From contig OZ024755.1 in NCBI GenBank assembly GCA_964016885.1, positions 32,302,001 to 32,366,000 of the forward strand: DNA of 64,000 bases. The letters are read 5' to 3'. Of this stretch, positions 27,150 to 41,020 are shown piece after piece. Both the position numbers and the translations under genes were made by a program. Below the pieces are notes generated by a model, which had not been told where the DNA came from, searched no databases, and worked only from the letters and a program-made list of their open reading frames with translations. How positions within the stretch are numbered: the stretch's first letter is position 1; every line of letters begins with the position of its first letter. The stretch is from Eledone cirrhosa. Its lineage: Eukaryota.

Positions 27150-27408
27150 TAGGGGGCATGTGGTTAGAGTGACTCAGGTAAGAATCGCTGGACAGATTTT
27201 GTGGGCAAAAACCAGCCGGCAAAGGACCCAGCAAGGTGGTTGGATAACATTCATGAGCTTGGCTGGTTTTGCTTGGGGATCCAGCCGAATCAGTTGCAAA
27301 CAGTTGCTTTTGACAGGACCTGCTGGAAGGAGTGTTTGAGGAGTCAGCCTCCAAGACCCTCTCATGAATAAGTGAGAAGAAGAAGAAGTAGAAAAAGCAG
27401 AAGAAGAA
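27150..27408 (+). mobile_element. LINE-like 3' fragment with (GAA)n tail; homologue at ~33790-34060
   Basis: Shared CTGGACAGATTT...GGTTGGATAACAT...TGACAGGACCTGCTGGAAGGAG followed by (AAG)n; flanked by a long direct repeat. Confidence 0.6.
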
Positions 27409-28329
27409 GTTCACTATTCATAAAGAGGACAAAGCGCTGGGATTAGAAGATAATTTCACAAATTTTCAAGAACATTTATTGTGTTATAGCACCTATTTCT
27501 CTTAATTGAAATCAAATTTATTGGAATGAAGTTATGTAAGATTTTCAATAACTACAGCAATAGGCAGAGCAAGAGAAATTAAAGCAATTTTATTGTTATA
27601 GCAACACAATCATTGTTTGTGTGTGCACATATGAGTGCATGGAAAGAGATTGATGAATGCTGGAAATGAGTAAAAACGAATGGGGAGTAACAACATTTGG
27701 ATTGGCAGTATCACAAGAGGGTTGGACGCCATGCTTTGCAGCATAGAGTTACGTTCCTTTATGGTCTGAGCTCAAATCCAGCCGAGGTTAATTTTTGCCT
27801 TTCATCCTTACGGGGGGGGGCGATAAAATAAAGTACCAGTAATGCATTGGGATAATTTCTGGCCTTGTGCCAAAATTAGAAACAATTATCAACGTATACA
27901 TATATATATGTGTGTGTGCATGTGTGTGTGTGTTTGAATGTTTGTATATGTATGTATATGTGTGTGTATTTGAGTGTTTGTGTATATTTATATATCATCA
28001 TCATCATTTTACGTCCACTTTTCCCTGCTTGCAAGGGTGGGACGGGAACTGGTTCTGGCTTGATTTCTACAGCTGGATGCCCTTCCTAACACCAACCTCA
28101 TTTACAGTGAGTGCTGGGTGCTTTTTCTCTGTGGCGCCTACATGTCCACTTTGCAGTGGAATGATAGGGACCCCAGTCCCTATCATCTCATTTCTACAGC
28201 TGAGTAAACTGGAGCAATGTGAAATAAAGTGTCTTGCTCAAGGAAATAACACATTACACGGTCTGAGAATTGAACTCACAACCTTTCGATTGCAAGGCCA
28301 AAGCTCTAACCACTAAGCCATGTGCCTCC

Positions 28330-28373
<44 letters not shown>

Positions 28374-29411
28374 AAGAGAGAGAAGGTGGACAGGAAAAGA
28401 AACAATGTCTGTGTATGTATGAGTATATGTATATGTGTGTTGATGTTGCTGTGTAGAGTGTGTGCAGATGTGCACACCTGAAAATAGTATTCAGAACTCA
28501 GCATTTCAGACAGATTCCAACAGATATAATGGAAGAAGAAAATATTGACTCTTTTGTACAATATGTTTGACTGTGTCAGTTACCTGCATGTCTATTGTGT
28601 TAATACTACAACATCAAGTGTCCTTCCTAAATTACATATTTCAAACAACCTATTTCTGTTGATAGTACATATCTACTTTATTTAAATTCAGTATAAGCAA
28701 TAACCACAATATCTTTTGGCAGATGCAGATGGTCTTTCTTCATACCCCATATCACCAACCACTTTATTTCATTTTGTTTATTCGTATTTATTTGTTTTCT
28801 GGTTTTTGTTTCGATTCCATATTGGTTCTATTCATATATAATATTTGGCATAGAGCCATTCTTCTTATTCATCATTGATCAGTTATTGGGAAAAAAAAAA
28901 AAAAAAAAAAAAAAATGGGATTCTGAATAAAAGAGAATGCTTTGCTCTATTTCCTGCCACAACAGCCTTATGTAACTAGCAATTAACCTTGAGGAAATAT
29001 GAAGTAAAATGCTGGAGTAATGCTTTAAATTTTGCTTTGAAATTATAGTTGCAGCAACAGTATTTACAAAGTCAGCAATAATAATGAAGGATAAGAAAAA
29101 CATTCCAGTTTTACTGATAGTGGTAGGGGTTAGCTGCAGCTGTAAATATGCATAGTAATGGAAGGTGAATGAGTAACCTGTGGATATATGAATATTTGTG
29201 TAGTTAAAATATGAAAATGTGCTTGTATACAGTGCTTGTGCACTTGCATATATCTAATGAAAGTGCATACATTGTATTTGTGAGTGTTAAGCTGAGCTTT
29301 TTATTCATTTCCTTTGCATTTGTCAACACAGCAATCTGTTTTTTCACTTTACTATTATCCCACATACATTCAAACTTTCATCAAAAGGGCTATATTTTAA
29401 TTAATTTTCCC

Positions 29412-30233
29412 ATAACCCTTTAGTATTTAAACCGGCTATATCCAACCAGAATTTCCTCATCTCTTTCTGCTCAAACTGGCCATATCTGGCCCCTCATACT
29501 GACGTTAAGGTATTGTTCTCAAAATAAATAATATCGAAATCTCATAGATTCGATATCATGTGAGATAATTATTTAAGATAAAGCCTTTGCTACAAAAATA
29601 CAATAGCAATATATAGAGTAATGTAAATGCTAAAGGGTTGAACTAATCCCTCTACAAATACCTGAAATATGATTATTTGGTTTGAACCTAAGAATTATAA
29701 TAATAATAATAAGGAAAATATTGTGTACAGTGCTCAGGTGCACTACAACTCATCAAAAGTGTATGTATAGTACATAGGATAATGTACAAACGTCAGGAAA
29801 ATGAACAGTGCATGAGTCATGATATACATATGATATACATCAGGTGTAGTTTTCACCCTACACACAACTTCCTTCCACCAGTATTAGACTTCTGTTCTTA
29901 ATTTTATCACCAGATCTTACATATAATTTAAACATGGAAATAACATGTATATTCTAGAACTACATGAAACAATACATAGTACTCATATACTTGTTATACA
30001 TTTCTTAACCCTTTAGCATTCACATATATACTATATATACTATTATATTTTCACAGTAAACACTTTATTTCACATAATTATCTCTCACAATTTTGAAACT
30101 ACGAGATTTGATATTATTTAATTTGAGAACAATACCTTAACATACATATGGGCAGCCAGTTACAGCCAGTTTGAACAGAAAGAGGTAAAAGAATTCTGGC
30201 TAGATAGAGCCGGCTTAAATGCTAAAGGGTTAA
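29412..30233. mobile_element. Inverted pair of TTAA MITEs (29412-29639 +, 30005-30233 -)
   Basis: Both carry the TIRs and body, in opposite orientation ~370 bp apart. Confidence 0.85.
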
Positions 30234-30868
30234 CCCAATGAGGGAACTTTTTCAAGATCATTTCACCTGTGGAAATACCAGCTAAATCTCTATCAAATTA
30301 CATTGTACAATCTTAAAAAATGAAGGACACATTGGATTATATAGCCCTAGATACATTATGTTTGAAATAGGGACAGAAAGAGGTGGACTATTCATGAGTT
30401 GAATGGTTTTGATCATATGTCAGCTCAACAGGTCTGATTTGAGACTAAATCATGTGTATTGAACCTGTGTCGATTCTAATGACGAATGTTCCATTTGTTT
30501 ACACATTGGAACAACCTGTTCACAAAATTAATGTGCAAGTTGCTGAGCATTCCACTGACACGTGCATTAATAATGTAGTTCTCAGGGAGACTCATCATGA
30601 TAGTGAGTACAAGGCCAGCCCTTTGAACTACACATACAACTCATTTTTGCCAGCTGAGTGGTTTGAAGCAATGTTAAATACAATATCTTGTTCATGGACA
30701 CACATATTACTGGGAATACAACTCATGATGTTATGATTCTGAACCAAACACCCCAAACATCAGCCCACATGCCTTCATAAACAACAACAGACTATGAAAC
30801 TATCTATTTTTGTTTGCTGTGATACTGAAACTGAAAACAAACATTGCACTAGACTACCTAATTTTACT

Positions 30869-31572
30869 TTAACCCGTTAACATTTACTTTACTCTATATT
30901 TACTATTGTATTTCCAAAGTAAAGGGTTTACCTCACACAATATCTCACATAACATTTACTTTACTCTATATTTACTACTATATTTCCACAGTAAAGGCTT
31001 TATCTCACATACCATTTACATTACTCTATATATACTATTGTATTTCCACAGTAAAGGCTTTACCTCACGTAATATCTCACATAACATTTACATTACTCTA
31101 TATTTACTACTATATTTCCACAGTAAAGGCTTTATCTCACATAACATTTACATTACTCTATATTTACTACTATATTTCCACAGTAAAGGCTTTACCTCAC
31201 ATAATATCTCACATAACATTTACATTACTCTATATATACTATTGTATTTTCACAGTAAAGGCTTTACCTCACATAATATCTCACATAACATTTACATTAC
31301 TCTATATATACTATTGTATTTTCACAGTGAAGGCTTTACCTCACATAACATTTACATTACTCTATATATACTATTGTATTTACACAGTAAACGCTTTACC
31401 TCACATAACATTTACATTACTCTGTATTTACTACTATATTTCCACAGTAAAGGCTTTACCTCACATAATATCTCACATAACATTTACATTACTCTATATT
31501 TACTATTGTATTTCCACAGTAAAGCCTTTACCTCACATAATATCGAATCTATGAGATTTGGATATTATTGTG
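30869..31572 (-). repeat. Partial TTAA MITE with 60/72-bp subterminal unit expanded ~10x
   Basis: Unit CATTTACATTACTCTATAT.TACTATTGTATTT.CACAGTAAAGGCTTTACCTCACATAATATCTCACATAA. Confidence 0.85.
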
Positions 31573-31681
31573 TTCGGACCTGGTGTATATCTATGTTTCA
31601 TGAAAGAGTTAAGACAGGATCAGTAGTACTATTAAGTGGTTATATATGGTACTATCACATCTAGTCTTACAGAATTTGACA

Positions 31682-32557
31682 TTAACCATTTAGCATTTAC
31701 CTTACTCAATATATACTATTGTATTTTTGCAGTAAAGGCTTTATCTCACATAATATCGAATCTATGAGATTTTGATATCATTTATTTTGAGAACAATACC
31801 TTAACATCAATATAAATGGCTGGTTATGACCTGTTTCAATAGAAAGAGGTGAGAGAATTCTTGCCAGATATGGCAGGTTTGAACAGACAAGAGTGAGAGA
31901 ATTCTGGCCAGATATGGCTGGTTTGAACAGAAACAGGTGAGAGAATTCTGGCCAGATATGGCTGGTTTGAACAGAAAGAGGTGAGAGAATTCTGGTCAGA
32001 TATGGCTGGTTTGAACAGAAAGAGGTGAGAGAATTCTGGCCAGATATGGCTGGTTTGAACAGAAAGAAGTGAGAGAATTCTGGCCAGATATGGCTGGTTT
32101 GAACAGAAAGAGGTGAGAGAATTCTGGTCAGATATGGCTGGTTTGAACAGAAACAGGTGAGAGAATTCTGGCCAGATATGGCTGGTTTGAACAGAAAGAG
32201 GTGAGAGAATTCTGGCCAGATATGGCTGGTTTGAACAGAAAGAAGTGAGAGAATTCTGGCCAGATATGGCTGGTTTGAACAGAAAGAGGTGAGAGAATTC
32301 TGGCCAGATATGGCTGGTTTGAACAGAAAGAGGTGAGAGAATTCTGGCCAGATATGGCTGGTTTGAACAGAAAGAAGTGAGAGAATTCTGGCCAGATATG
32401 GCTGGTTTGAACAGAAAGAGGTGAGAGAATTCTGGCCAGATATGGCTGGTTTGAACAGAAAGAGGTGATAGAATTCTTGCCAGATATGGCTGGTTTGAAC
32501 AGAAAGAGGTGATGGAATTCTTGCCAGATATGGCCGGTTTAAATGCTAAAGGGTTAA
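31682..32557 (-). mobile_element. TTAA MITE with a 44-bp internal unit expanded ~16x (~31840-32540)
   Basis: Unit GAACAGAAAGAGGTGAGAGAATTCTGGCCAGATATGGCTGGTTT between MITE ends. Confidence 0.88.
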
Positions 32558-34419
32558 GTTAATATCTTCTGGATATGCGGGATCCATGTTACAGTCTAAA
32601 ACAATGAAGGACAGAGATAACTAAAGGCAGACATAACAGAATCTAGAAATAGGAATAATTGTAGAGAGAGAAATAAATGAAGGTAAAAGTAACTGGATAT
32701 AAAGAACTGACTATAGAAATAATCAATGAACTAAATATATAAAAGCAGAGAAAAAAATTTGTACAGAGCTAGTTTATCATCTATTTATTCTCAAATCTAT
32801 TATTAAAACCAATTTTATCTACTGTAACTGTGTTCTCATATTTTAGTTGGGAGCAAATAGAAAAAAATATCCTGTTATTCTAGCTCATGATTAAGAGATA
32901 ATATTACAGCTTATCTGGTTTGTTAGTGACTATATCATTGATGCAGTAAATATTCCTATAGCTTACAATAAGGGATAGTTTTGCAGATAAACAGATAGTT
33001 TAGAATTGTAAAGTAGTTATTATTTAAAAACTGCATCTCTAAAATGTACAATACTCACCCATGGATAAAGGTGGGTCACAATAATTATTGAATGTAAGTT
33101 AAACGAGATGAAGTTGTTATACTTAGAGAAAAAGAATCAAATAAAATATTTAGCATATGAAATGATAGGGTTGTAGAAATAATATTAGTGATTGATAAGC
33201 TTTTAATATGTTTTTCATGCATGTGTAACTTGTATTCGTACATTTATCTATCAGAAGCTTCGAGTAAATTATACCAATTAAGGATATTTTATTTTATTTA
33301 TCTAGATTTCCATCATTCAAATAGCACCATCAAATTCCCACCTCCTTTGTCAATTCCACTTTTACAGAATGTTTTTTTTTCTTAAATATTTTGCTTTGTG
33401 TTTTGCTGTTTCTATGAGCTGGAAAGTTCTGCAATTTCTGACATGTATATACACTATTGTAGCAGAATATCATTATCCCCTGATGTTAATTATTTAGCTA
33501 GAAAACAAGCAGTTCCATGAGGATTTGTCAAGACGTGATGCAACTAAGGTAAAATTTGAACTCTTCTTGTTTCGTTGAGAAGTTCAACAAAGTAATGTCA
33601 GTTACATTATGGCAAAAATGGGTTGAAATATCATTTCAAGAACCAAGTATTTTACAGGCAAAACCAACTGGCGGAAGATTCAGTAATATAACTAATGAGA
33701 CCGAAAGAGATTGTTAAGCCCAAAATAGTATAAAGAAAACAAATTAGTATTTTAATAAACAAACTAGTCCTCATATGAGCTTGTGGTTAGAATGTCTCGG
33801 GAAAGAAACACTGGACAGATTTTAAGGGAAAAACGAACTGGCAGGGGACCCAGGGGTAAACCCTGAGCAAGATGGTTGGATAACATCTATGAGCTTGGTT
33901 GGTCTCACTTGGGGATCGGTTGCTTCTGACAGGACCTGCTGGAAGGAGTTTTAGAGGACTCTGCTCCCACGACCCTTTCAGGATTAAGAAGAAGAAGAAG
34001 AAGAAGGCAAAGGAGAAGAAGGCGAAGGAGAAGAAGAAGAAGGCAAAGAAGAAGAACAACAACAATTTTGTGGAATTTAAAGAGTTTCAGTTGATTATAT
34101 TGTTCCCAGTACTTTGTCTATTAGTTATTTTTATTGATCTCACAAAAGACAAATGGCAAAGTTGACATGGGCACAAAGAAACAATACTCCTACAGAACCC
34201 AATACTGCAAGATATTTTGGTTTGATGTATTAATTCTCTCATCCCTTGCATATAGATAAAACCTTTTGTGTCTATGAATATTTATAAACCCTTAAAGGCA
34301 GTTCCCCAATCTAGCTACAGCTCAATATCTGAAACCAGCAAAAGAAAAAAAACAAAACATTGATAAAGTAGTGAATATGTGAAATGAGATTCTATAAAAG
34401 ATGTAGCAGTTACACTCTA

Positions 34420-35370
34420 TATGTATACTATATGTATACGATATATATACTATACTGTATACTATATGTATGTATACTATATTTATACTATGTGTGTACA
34501 CTATATGTATGTATACTGTATGTATGTATATTATATGTATTCTATACATATGTATTCTATATCTATGTATTCTATATCTATGTATATATACTATGTATGT
34601 ATACTATATGTTTGTATACAATATATGAATGTATACTATAGATATACTATATCTATGTATACTATATCTGTGTGTACTATATCTATGTATTCTATGTGTA
34701 CAGTACAATGTGCATGTACAATACTATGTGCACAGTAGTATGTGTACAGTACTATGTATACAATAGTATGTGTACAGTACTATGTACACAATAGTATGTA
34801 TACAATAGTATGTATACAATAGTATGTATACAATACTATGTATACAATAGTATGTTTACAACAGTATATATACAATACTATGTATACAATAGTATGTTTA
34901 CAATAGTATGTATACAATAGTATGTTTACAACAGTATATATACAATACTATGTATACAATAGTATGTTTACAATAGTATGTATACAATAGTATGTATACA
35001 ATAGTATGTATACAACAGTATGTATACAACAGTATGTATACAATACTATGTATACAATAGTATGTATACAATACTATGTATACAATAGTATGTATACAAC
35101 AGTATGTGTACAACAGTATGTATACAATACTATGTATACAATAGTATGTATACAATACTATGTATACAATAGTATGTATACAATAGTATGTATACAACAT
35201 TATGTATACAATAGTATGTATTCAATAGTATGTATACAATACTATGTATACAATAGTATGTGTACAATACTATGTATACAGTACTATGTATACAATACTA
35301 TGTATACAATAGTATGTATACAATACTATGTATACAATAGTATGTGTACAATACTATGTGTACAGTACTA
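34420..35370. repeat. ~14-bp minisatellite (TATGTATACAATAG)
   Basis: Visible periodic repeat, degenerate at the left end. Confidence 0.88.
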
Positions 35371-36170
35371 TTATTTTGTACTTACTAAAACAGGTGAAAG
35401 AGATTCTGTTCATGAGATAAAATGTAATAAAAACTAAAAATAATTCTAAAAGAGAAACATTTTAAAATGCATACTTAAATTATAAAATTAATCACTTTTG
35501 ATAGACCTAAATTTATTTTAGAATTTTTTTTATTATTATTTTCTTTTCAGCTTTGCAAATGTTTAAAGAAAGAAAGGTAAAACCCCGAAGATAAATAAAG
35601 ATATATTTTAGAGACTTACAAGCTGAGTCGATTAATAGATTTTTATGTCAGAAGTATATAAAGATTATAAAACCATTCCTTTTGGTTTTATAAACATTCA
35701 ATAGTTTATTGTCTTCTAGAATTCTTCATTTCAAGAAAACTCTGAAATAAAACAAACCACACACACATATATATATATACACATACACATTCATATATAC
35801 ACACATATGTACATATACATATCACACACACACACACACATATGTACATATACATAATCACACACACACACATCTACACATGCCCACATACCTATACATG
35901 TACACATACACACATACACACACACATGTACACATACATATTCACACATGTACACATACCAACGCATGTAAACACACACACATATGTACACATACATATT
36001 CACACACACACACACATATATACATACACATATTCACAGATACACACACGTACACATACCCACACACATATACACATGTACACACACATATCACACACAC
36101 ACACATATACACAAACATTCACACATACACATATATACACACACCATACACATATATACATATATCAAAT

Positions 36171-36426
36171 AATGGTAGTTAAGACAGGATTAAATCACCA
36201 TAATTGTTTATTGCATTATATATATTTCTGTTACATGGTTTTTCATGCGACTTCGTCAGATGCTTACGTAATCATTGGTGCAGTTATGCAATCGTTGTGA
36301 TATGCCAGTGGCCATGCACTGATGATTGCGTAAGCATCTGATGAAGTCACATGAATAACCATGTAACAGAAATATATATAATGCAATAAAGAATTATTTT
36401 GATTTGATCCCGTCTTAACTACCATT
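36171..36426. repeat. Long imperfect inverted repeat (~112-bp arms), each arm with a hammerhead motif
   Basis: AATGGTAGTTAAGAC...GGTGCA (36171-36282) vs TGCACT...GTCTTAACTACCATT (36315-36426). Confidence 0.85.
36334..36384 (+). ncRNA. Minimal hammerhead ribozyme motif; mirror copy on minus strand at 36213-36263
   Basis: GCAT-CTGATGA-AGTCACATG/CATGTAACA-GAAA-TATATA-T-A-ATGC; the mirror has a CTGACGA core. Confidence 0.62.
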
Positions 36427-36736
36427 GTCGGATGTCATGCTTTGACGCATAGAGTTACGGCCCTTTCCATTCTGAGTTCAAATCCCGCCGAGGTCAACTT
36501 TGCCTTTCATCCTTACGGGGTCGATAAAATAAAGTACCAGTAATACACTGGGTAATTTGCTGGCCTTGTGCCAAAAGTAGAAACAATTATTTGATAAGTG
36601 AATACTTCATCACTCAATATCACCTACCTGGGATAAACTACCAATGTATAGCGCTTTGGATTGCTAGGACCTGCTTATCACCAGGAAGTTACTACATAAC
36701 AACTAAGATAAACAACAATCTTATATATATATATAT

Positions 36737-36978
36737 GTGATGCGCATGGAGGATGACCGATGGGTGAAGAAGTGCCAGGAAATGCCAGTTGAAGGAAGAC
36801 GTGGTAGAGGTAGACCACGAAAAACATGGGCAGAGGTGGTGAGAACAGACCTCAGATCATTGAAGCTCACGGTGGAGATGACGAAGGACCGCGACGAATG
36901 GAGAGATGCTGTACTGAATAAGACCCATCCCACCCTTGCAAGCAGGGAAAAGCGGACGTAAAATGATGATGATGATGA
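36737..36978 (+). mobile_element. RTE-clade LINE 3' end (5'-truncated)
   Basis: MRMEDDRWVKKCQEMPVEGRRGRGRPRKTW...DRDEWR, the typical RTE ORF2 C-terminus, followed by a (GAT)n tail. Confidence 0.85.
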
Positions 36979-37006
36979 TATATATATATATATTCTTATA
37001 TCTTAC

Positions 37007-37180
37007 CCATTTTTGAAACACATTCTGCTTTTTTCCATTCTGGTGGCAAATCTTTCAGATTTAATGGTATTTCCCTATAGTCCTTCTCTGGGTCATTTCC
37101 CATCTGTATGTACAAGCCTTTGTATTCTTTTGCATCTTGAGCACCAGGGTTACAGATAAGTCGGGGGTGTTTAAAATAAG
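37007..37180 (-). CDS. Exon D: (A)YFKHPRLICNPGAQDAKEYKGLYIQMGNDPEKDYREIPLNLKDLPPEWKKAECVSKM
   Basis: ttgaatttcag|CTTATTTT...AAAATGG|gtaaga; 174 nt, phase 1 to 1; no stops. Confidence 0.9.
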
Positions 37181-37590
37181 CTGAAATTCAATCAAAAAGA
37201 AATTATATTGTATATAATAAACATTTTTAGTTAGAGTAAAGAGTGTTAGAAAGAAATGGTGTTTCTTAGTTTTCAAAGCTTAAACCTGGAAGAGAATAGG
37301 ATATTAAAGATGAAAAAATGTATTTGGGTGTAATTACAAATGAGCTTATAATAGAACAGAAATGCCAGCCAAACATCTATGCAACTCTTCACTTAATGCA
37401 CAGTGGCTGATGTAAATATACACTATTGTCAGACCTTGAGGACATGAAAACAAATGGCCTAGTGGTAAGGGTGTTGGACTTACGACAATAACATTGTACA
37501 ACATGAGTACCACTCTCTGAGTATCCACAACTAGAGTCCAGTGATATGCCGAAGCAAGATGACTGGGAGCTGCTTGTGTGTGTGTGTGTG

Positions 37591-39349
37591 GGTATGGACA
37601 TGTGATGTGTATGAAGGATGACAGCTGTATAAAAAAGTGCAGGGCAATGAAAATTGATAGAAGCTACGGAGTGGGTAGACTTAGAAAAACCTGGGACGAG
37701 GTGATAAAAACTGACCCTGCCCACCTACACCTCTCTAAGATAATGTCACTGGATCGAGATCTTTGGCGCCATGCAGTTGTGCAGAAGACCCGACTACCAT
37801 TGCATACAAACTTAAACCTACAGTCAGTAGGCACCTCTTAACCCAATATACACCCTACCCCATCCTCCCATTTCGGTCGGTGACACGACAAACAGCTCCC
37901 AGCCCACACTGTAAAGTGGTCATGTAGAAGACATGGTAAAAAGGCTCCCAGTCCACACTGTAAAGTGGTCATGTAGGAGACATGGTAAAAAGGCTCCCAG
38001 TCCACACTGTAAAGTGGTCATGTAGGAGACACAGTAAAAAGGCTCCCAGTCCACACTGTAAAGTGGTCATGTAGGAGACATGGTAAAAAGGCTCCCAGTC
38101 CACACTGTAAAGTGGTCATGTAGGAGACATGGTAAAAAGGCTCCCAGTCCACACTGTAAAGTGGTCATGTAGGAGACATGGTAAAAAGGCTCCCAGTCCA
38201 CACTGTAAAGTGGTCATGTAGGAGACATGGTAAAAAGGCTCTCAGTCCACACTGTAAAGTGGTCATGTAGGAGACATGGTAAAAAGGCTCCCAGTCCACA
38301 CTGTAAAGTGGTCATGTAGGAGACATGGTAAAAAGGCTCCCAGTCCACACTGTAAAGTGGTCATGTAGGAGACATGGTAAAAAGGCTCCCAGTCCACACT
38401 GTAAAGTGGTCATGTAGGAGACATGGTAAAAAGGCTCTCAGTCCACACTGTAAAGTGGTCATGTAGGAGACATGGTAAAAAGGCTCCCAGTCCACACTGT
38501 AAAGTGGTCATGTAGGAGACATGGTAAAAAGGCTCTCAGTCCACACTGTAAAGTGGTCATGTAGGAGACATGGTAAAAAGGCTCCCAGTCCACACTGTAA
38601 AGTGGTCATGTAGGAGACATGGTAAAAAGGCTCCCAGTCCACACTGTAAAGTGGTCATGTAGGAGACATGGTAAAAAGGCTCCCAGTCCACACTGTAAAG
38701 TGGTCATGTAGGAGACATGGTAAAAAGGCTCTCAGTCCACACTGTAAAGTGGTCATGTAGGAGACATGGTAAAAAGGCTCCCAGTCCACACTGTAAAGTG
38801 GTCATGTAGGAGACATGGTAAAAAGGCTCTCAGTCCACACTGTAAAGTGGTCATGTAGGAGACATGGTAAAAAGGCTCCCAGTCCACACTGTAAAGTGGT
38901 CATGTAGGAGACACAGTAAAAAGGCTCCCAGTCCACACTGTAAAGTGGTCATGTAGGAGACATGGTAAAAAGGCTCCCAGTCCACACTGTAAAGTGGTCA
39001 TGTAGGAGACACGGTAAAAAGGCTCCCAGTCCACACTGTAAAGTGGTCATGTAGGAGACATGGTAAAAAGGCTCCCAGTCCACACTGTAAAGTGGTCGTG
39101 TATGAGACACGGTAAAAAGGCTCCCAGTCCACACTGTAAAGTGGGTCATGTAGAAGACACGGTAAAAAGGCTCCCAGTCCACACTGTAAAGTGGTTGGTG
39201 TTAGGAAGGGCATCCAGCTGTAGAAAGCCTGCCAGAGACAGTTCCGTACGAGCAAGACATGGTGTCCCGACCAATCCCGCATCAAATGGAACAAAACCGT
39301 CTAACCCATGCTAGCATGGAAGATGGATGTTAAACGATGATGATGATGA
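37591..39349 (+). mobile_element. Composite retroposon: RTE ORF2 C-terminal fragment + C-rich linker + 49-bp VNTR (~26 units) + (GAT)n tail
   Basis: YGHVM...GRLRKTWDEVIKTD (ORF 37578..37841); unit GGCTCCCAGTCCACACTGTAAAGTGGTCATGTAGGAGACATGGTAAAAA; ends ...GGAAGATGGATGTTAAACGATGATGATG. Confidence 0.8.
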
Positions 39350-40088
39350 TATGCTGTGTATGTATGTGTGTGTGTGTTCGAGCTACATGCTGTTATATTG
39401 CCAGGAGCTTATGTCTACTTTTTTTTGGTTTTATTTTATTGATTTTGTCTCCATATTTCATTTCATTGTTTGGATAAGGAAACTGCCCAAACACCTGGAA
39501 AAAATTTCTGTCACAGAAGCAATGGGTAAAGTACCTTTTCTCGATTTTGACTTTTTCAAACTGAATAATATTCCCATAAGCATGTGCTTTGTTTTAAATA
39601 TGGCCTTGCAATCGAAAGGTTGTGAGTTCAATTCTCAGACCGGGTGATGTGTTGTGTCCTTGAGCAAGACACTTTATTTCACATTGCTCCAGTTTACTCA
39701 GCTGTAGAAATGAGATGATAGGGACTGGGGTCCCTATCATTCCACTGCAAAGTGGTTGTGTAGGTGCCACGGCAAAAAAGCACCCAGCAGTCACTGTAAA
39801 TGAGGTTGGTGTTAGGAAGGGCATCCAGCTGTAGAAATCAAGCCAGAATCAGTTCCCGTCCCACCCTTGCAAGCAGGGAAAAGTGGACGTATGATGATGA
39901 TGATGATGATGGTGAAAAGAAAGATGAGAAAGCACAAATTAACTGTACCTGAATGTCTATAACATTCCTTGCCACAAATTTGAAAGGAAAAAGGACAAAA
40001 ATCAATAGACTGACTCTGGTGTTAGTGACTTGGTCAGAGCTTATGAACACCAATATTTACAACAACAACAATAACAGCAACATCAACT

Positions 40089-41020
40089 GGTGTGTGTGTG
40101 AGTGGCGTGTGTGAGAGTGGCTTGTGTGTGTGTGGTGTGTGTGTGTGAGTGGCGTGTGTGAGAGTGGCTTGTGTGTGTGTGGTGTGTGTGTGTGAGTGGC
40201 GTGTGTGAGAGTGGCTTGTGTGTGTGTGGTGTGTGTGTGAGTGGCGTGTGTGAGAGTGGCTTGTGTGTGTGTGGTGTGTGTGTGTGAGTGGCGTGTGTGA
40301 GAGTGGTTTGTGTGTGTGTGGTGTGTGTGTGAGTGGCGTGTGTGAGAGTGGCTTGTGTGTGTGTGGTGTGTGTGAGTGGTGCTTGTGTGTGTGTGTGTGG
40401 TGTGTGTGAGGGGTGCTTGTGTGTGTGAGAGTGGCTTGTGTGTGTGTGGTGTGTGTGAGTGAGAGTGGTTTGTGTGTGTGTGGTGTGTGTGAGTGGCGTG
40501 TGTGAGAGTGGTTTGTGTGTGTGTGGTGTGTGTGTGAGTGGCGTGTGTGAGAGTGGCTTGTGTGTGTGTGGTGTGTGTGAGTGGTGTGTGGTGTGTGTGA
40601 GTGGTGCTTGTGTGTGTGAGAGTGGCTTGTGTGTGTGTGGCTTGTGTGTGGTGTGTGTGTGTGAGTGGTGCATGTGTGTGTAAGAGTGGCTTGTGTGTGT
40701 GTGGTGTGTGTGTGTGTGGTGTGTGTGTGAGTGGTGTGTGTGAGAGTGGCTTGTGTGTGTGTGGTGTGTGTGGTGTGTGTGTGGCTTGTGTGTGGTGTGT
40801 GTGTGTGAGTGGTGCATGTGTGTGTAAGAGTGGCTTGTGTGTGTGTGGTGTGTGTGTGGCTTGTGTGTGGTGTGTGTGTGTGAGTGGTGCATGTGTGTGT
40901 AAGAGTGGCTTGTGTGTGTGTGGTGTGTGTGTGAGTGGTGTGTGTGAGAGTGGCTTGTGTGTGTGTGGTGTGTGAGTGTGAGTGGCTTGTGTGTGGTGTG
41001 TGTGTGTGTGTGTGTGTATG
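40089..41020. repeat. Compound GT-rich minisatellite (GTGTGTGAGAGTGGCTT / GAGTGGCGT)
   Basis: Source of the His/Thr-rich pseudo-ORFs 40034..41108. Confidence 0.9.

Noticed and set aside
30906-31664. 252-aa repeat ORF (YFHSKGFTSHNISHNIYITL)
   Set aside because: Translation of the 60/72-bp MITE-derived minisatellite; the same peptide recurs at 41521, 50350 and 62483 on either strand.
33059-33121. Candidate extra exon on minus strand (ctctaag|...TCCATGG|gtgagt; one frame ends CDPPLSMG)
   Set aside because: The phase-1 frame has TAA stops after the only AG acceptor. The open frame is phase 0/0, incompatible with the phase-1 intron, and exon D already supplies the MG junction.
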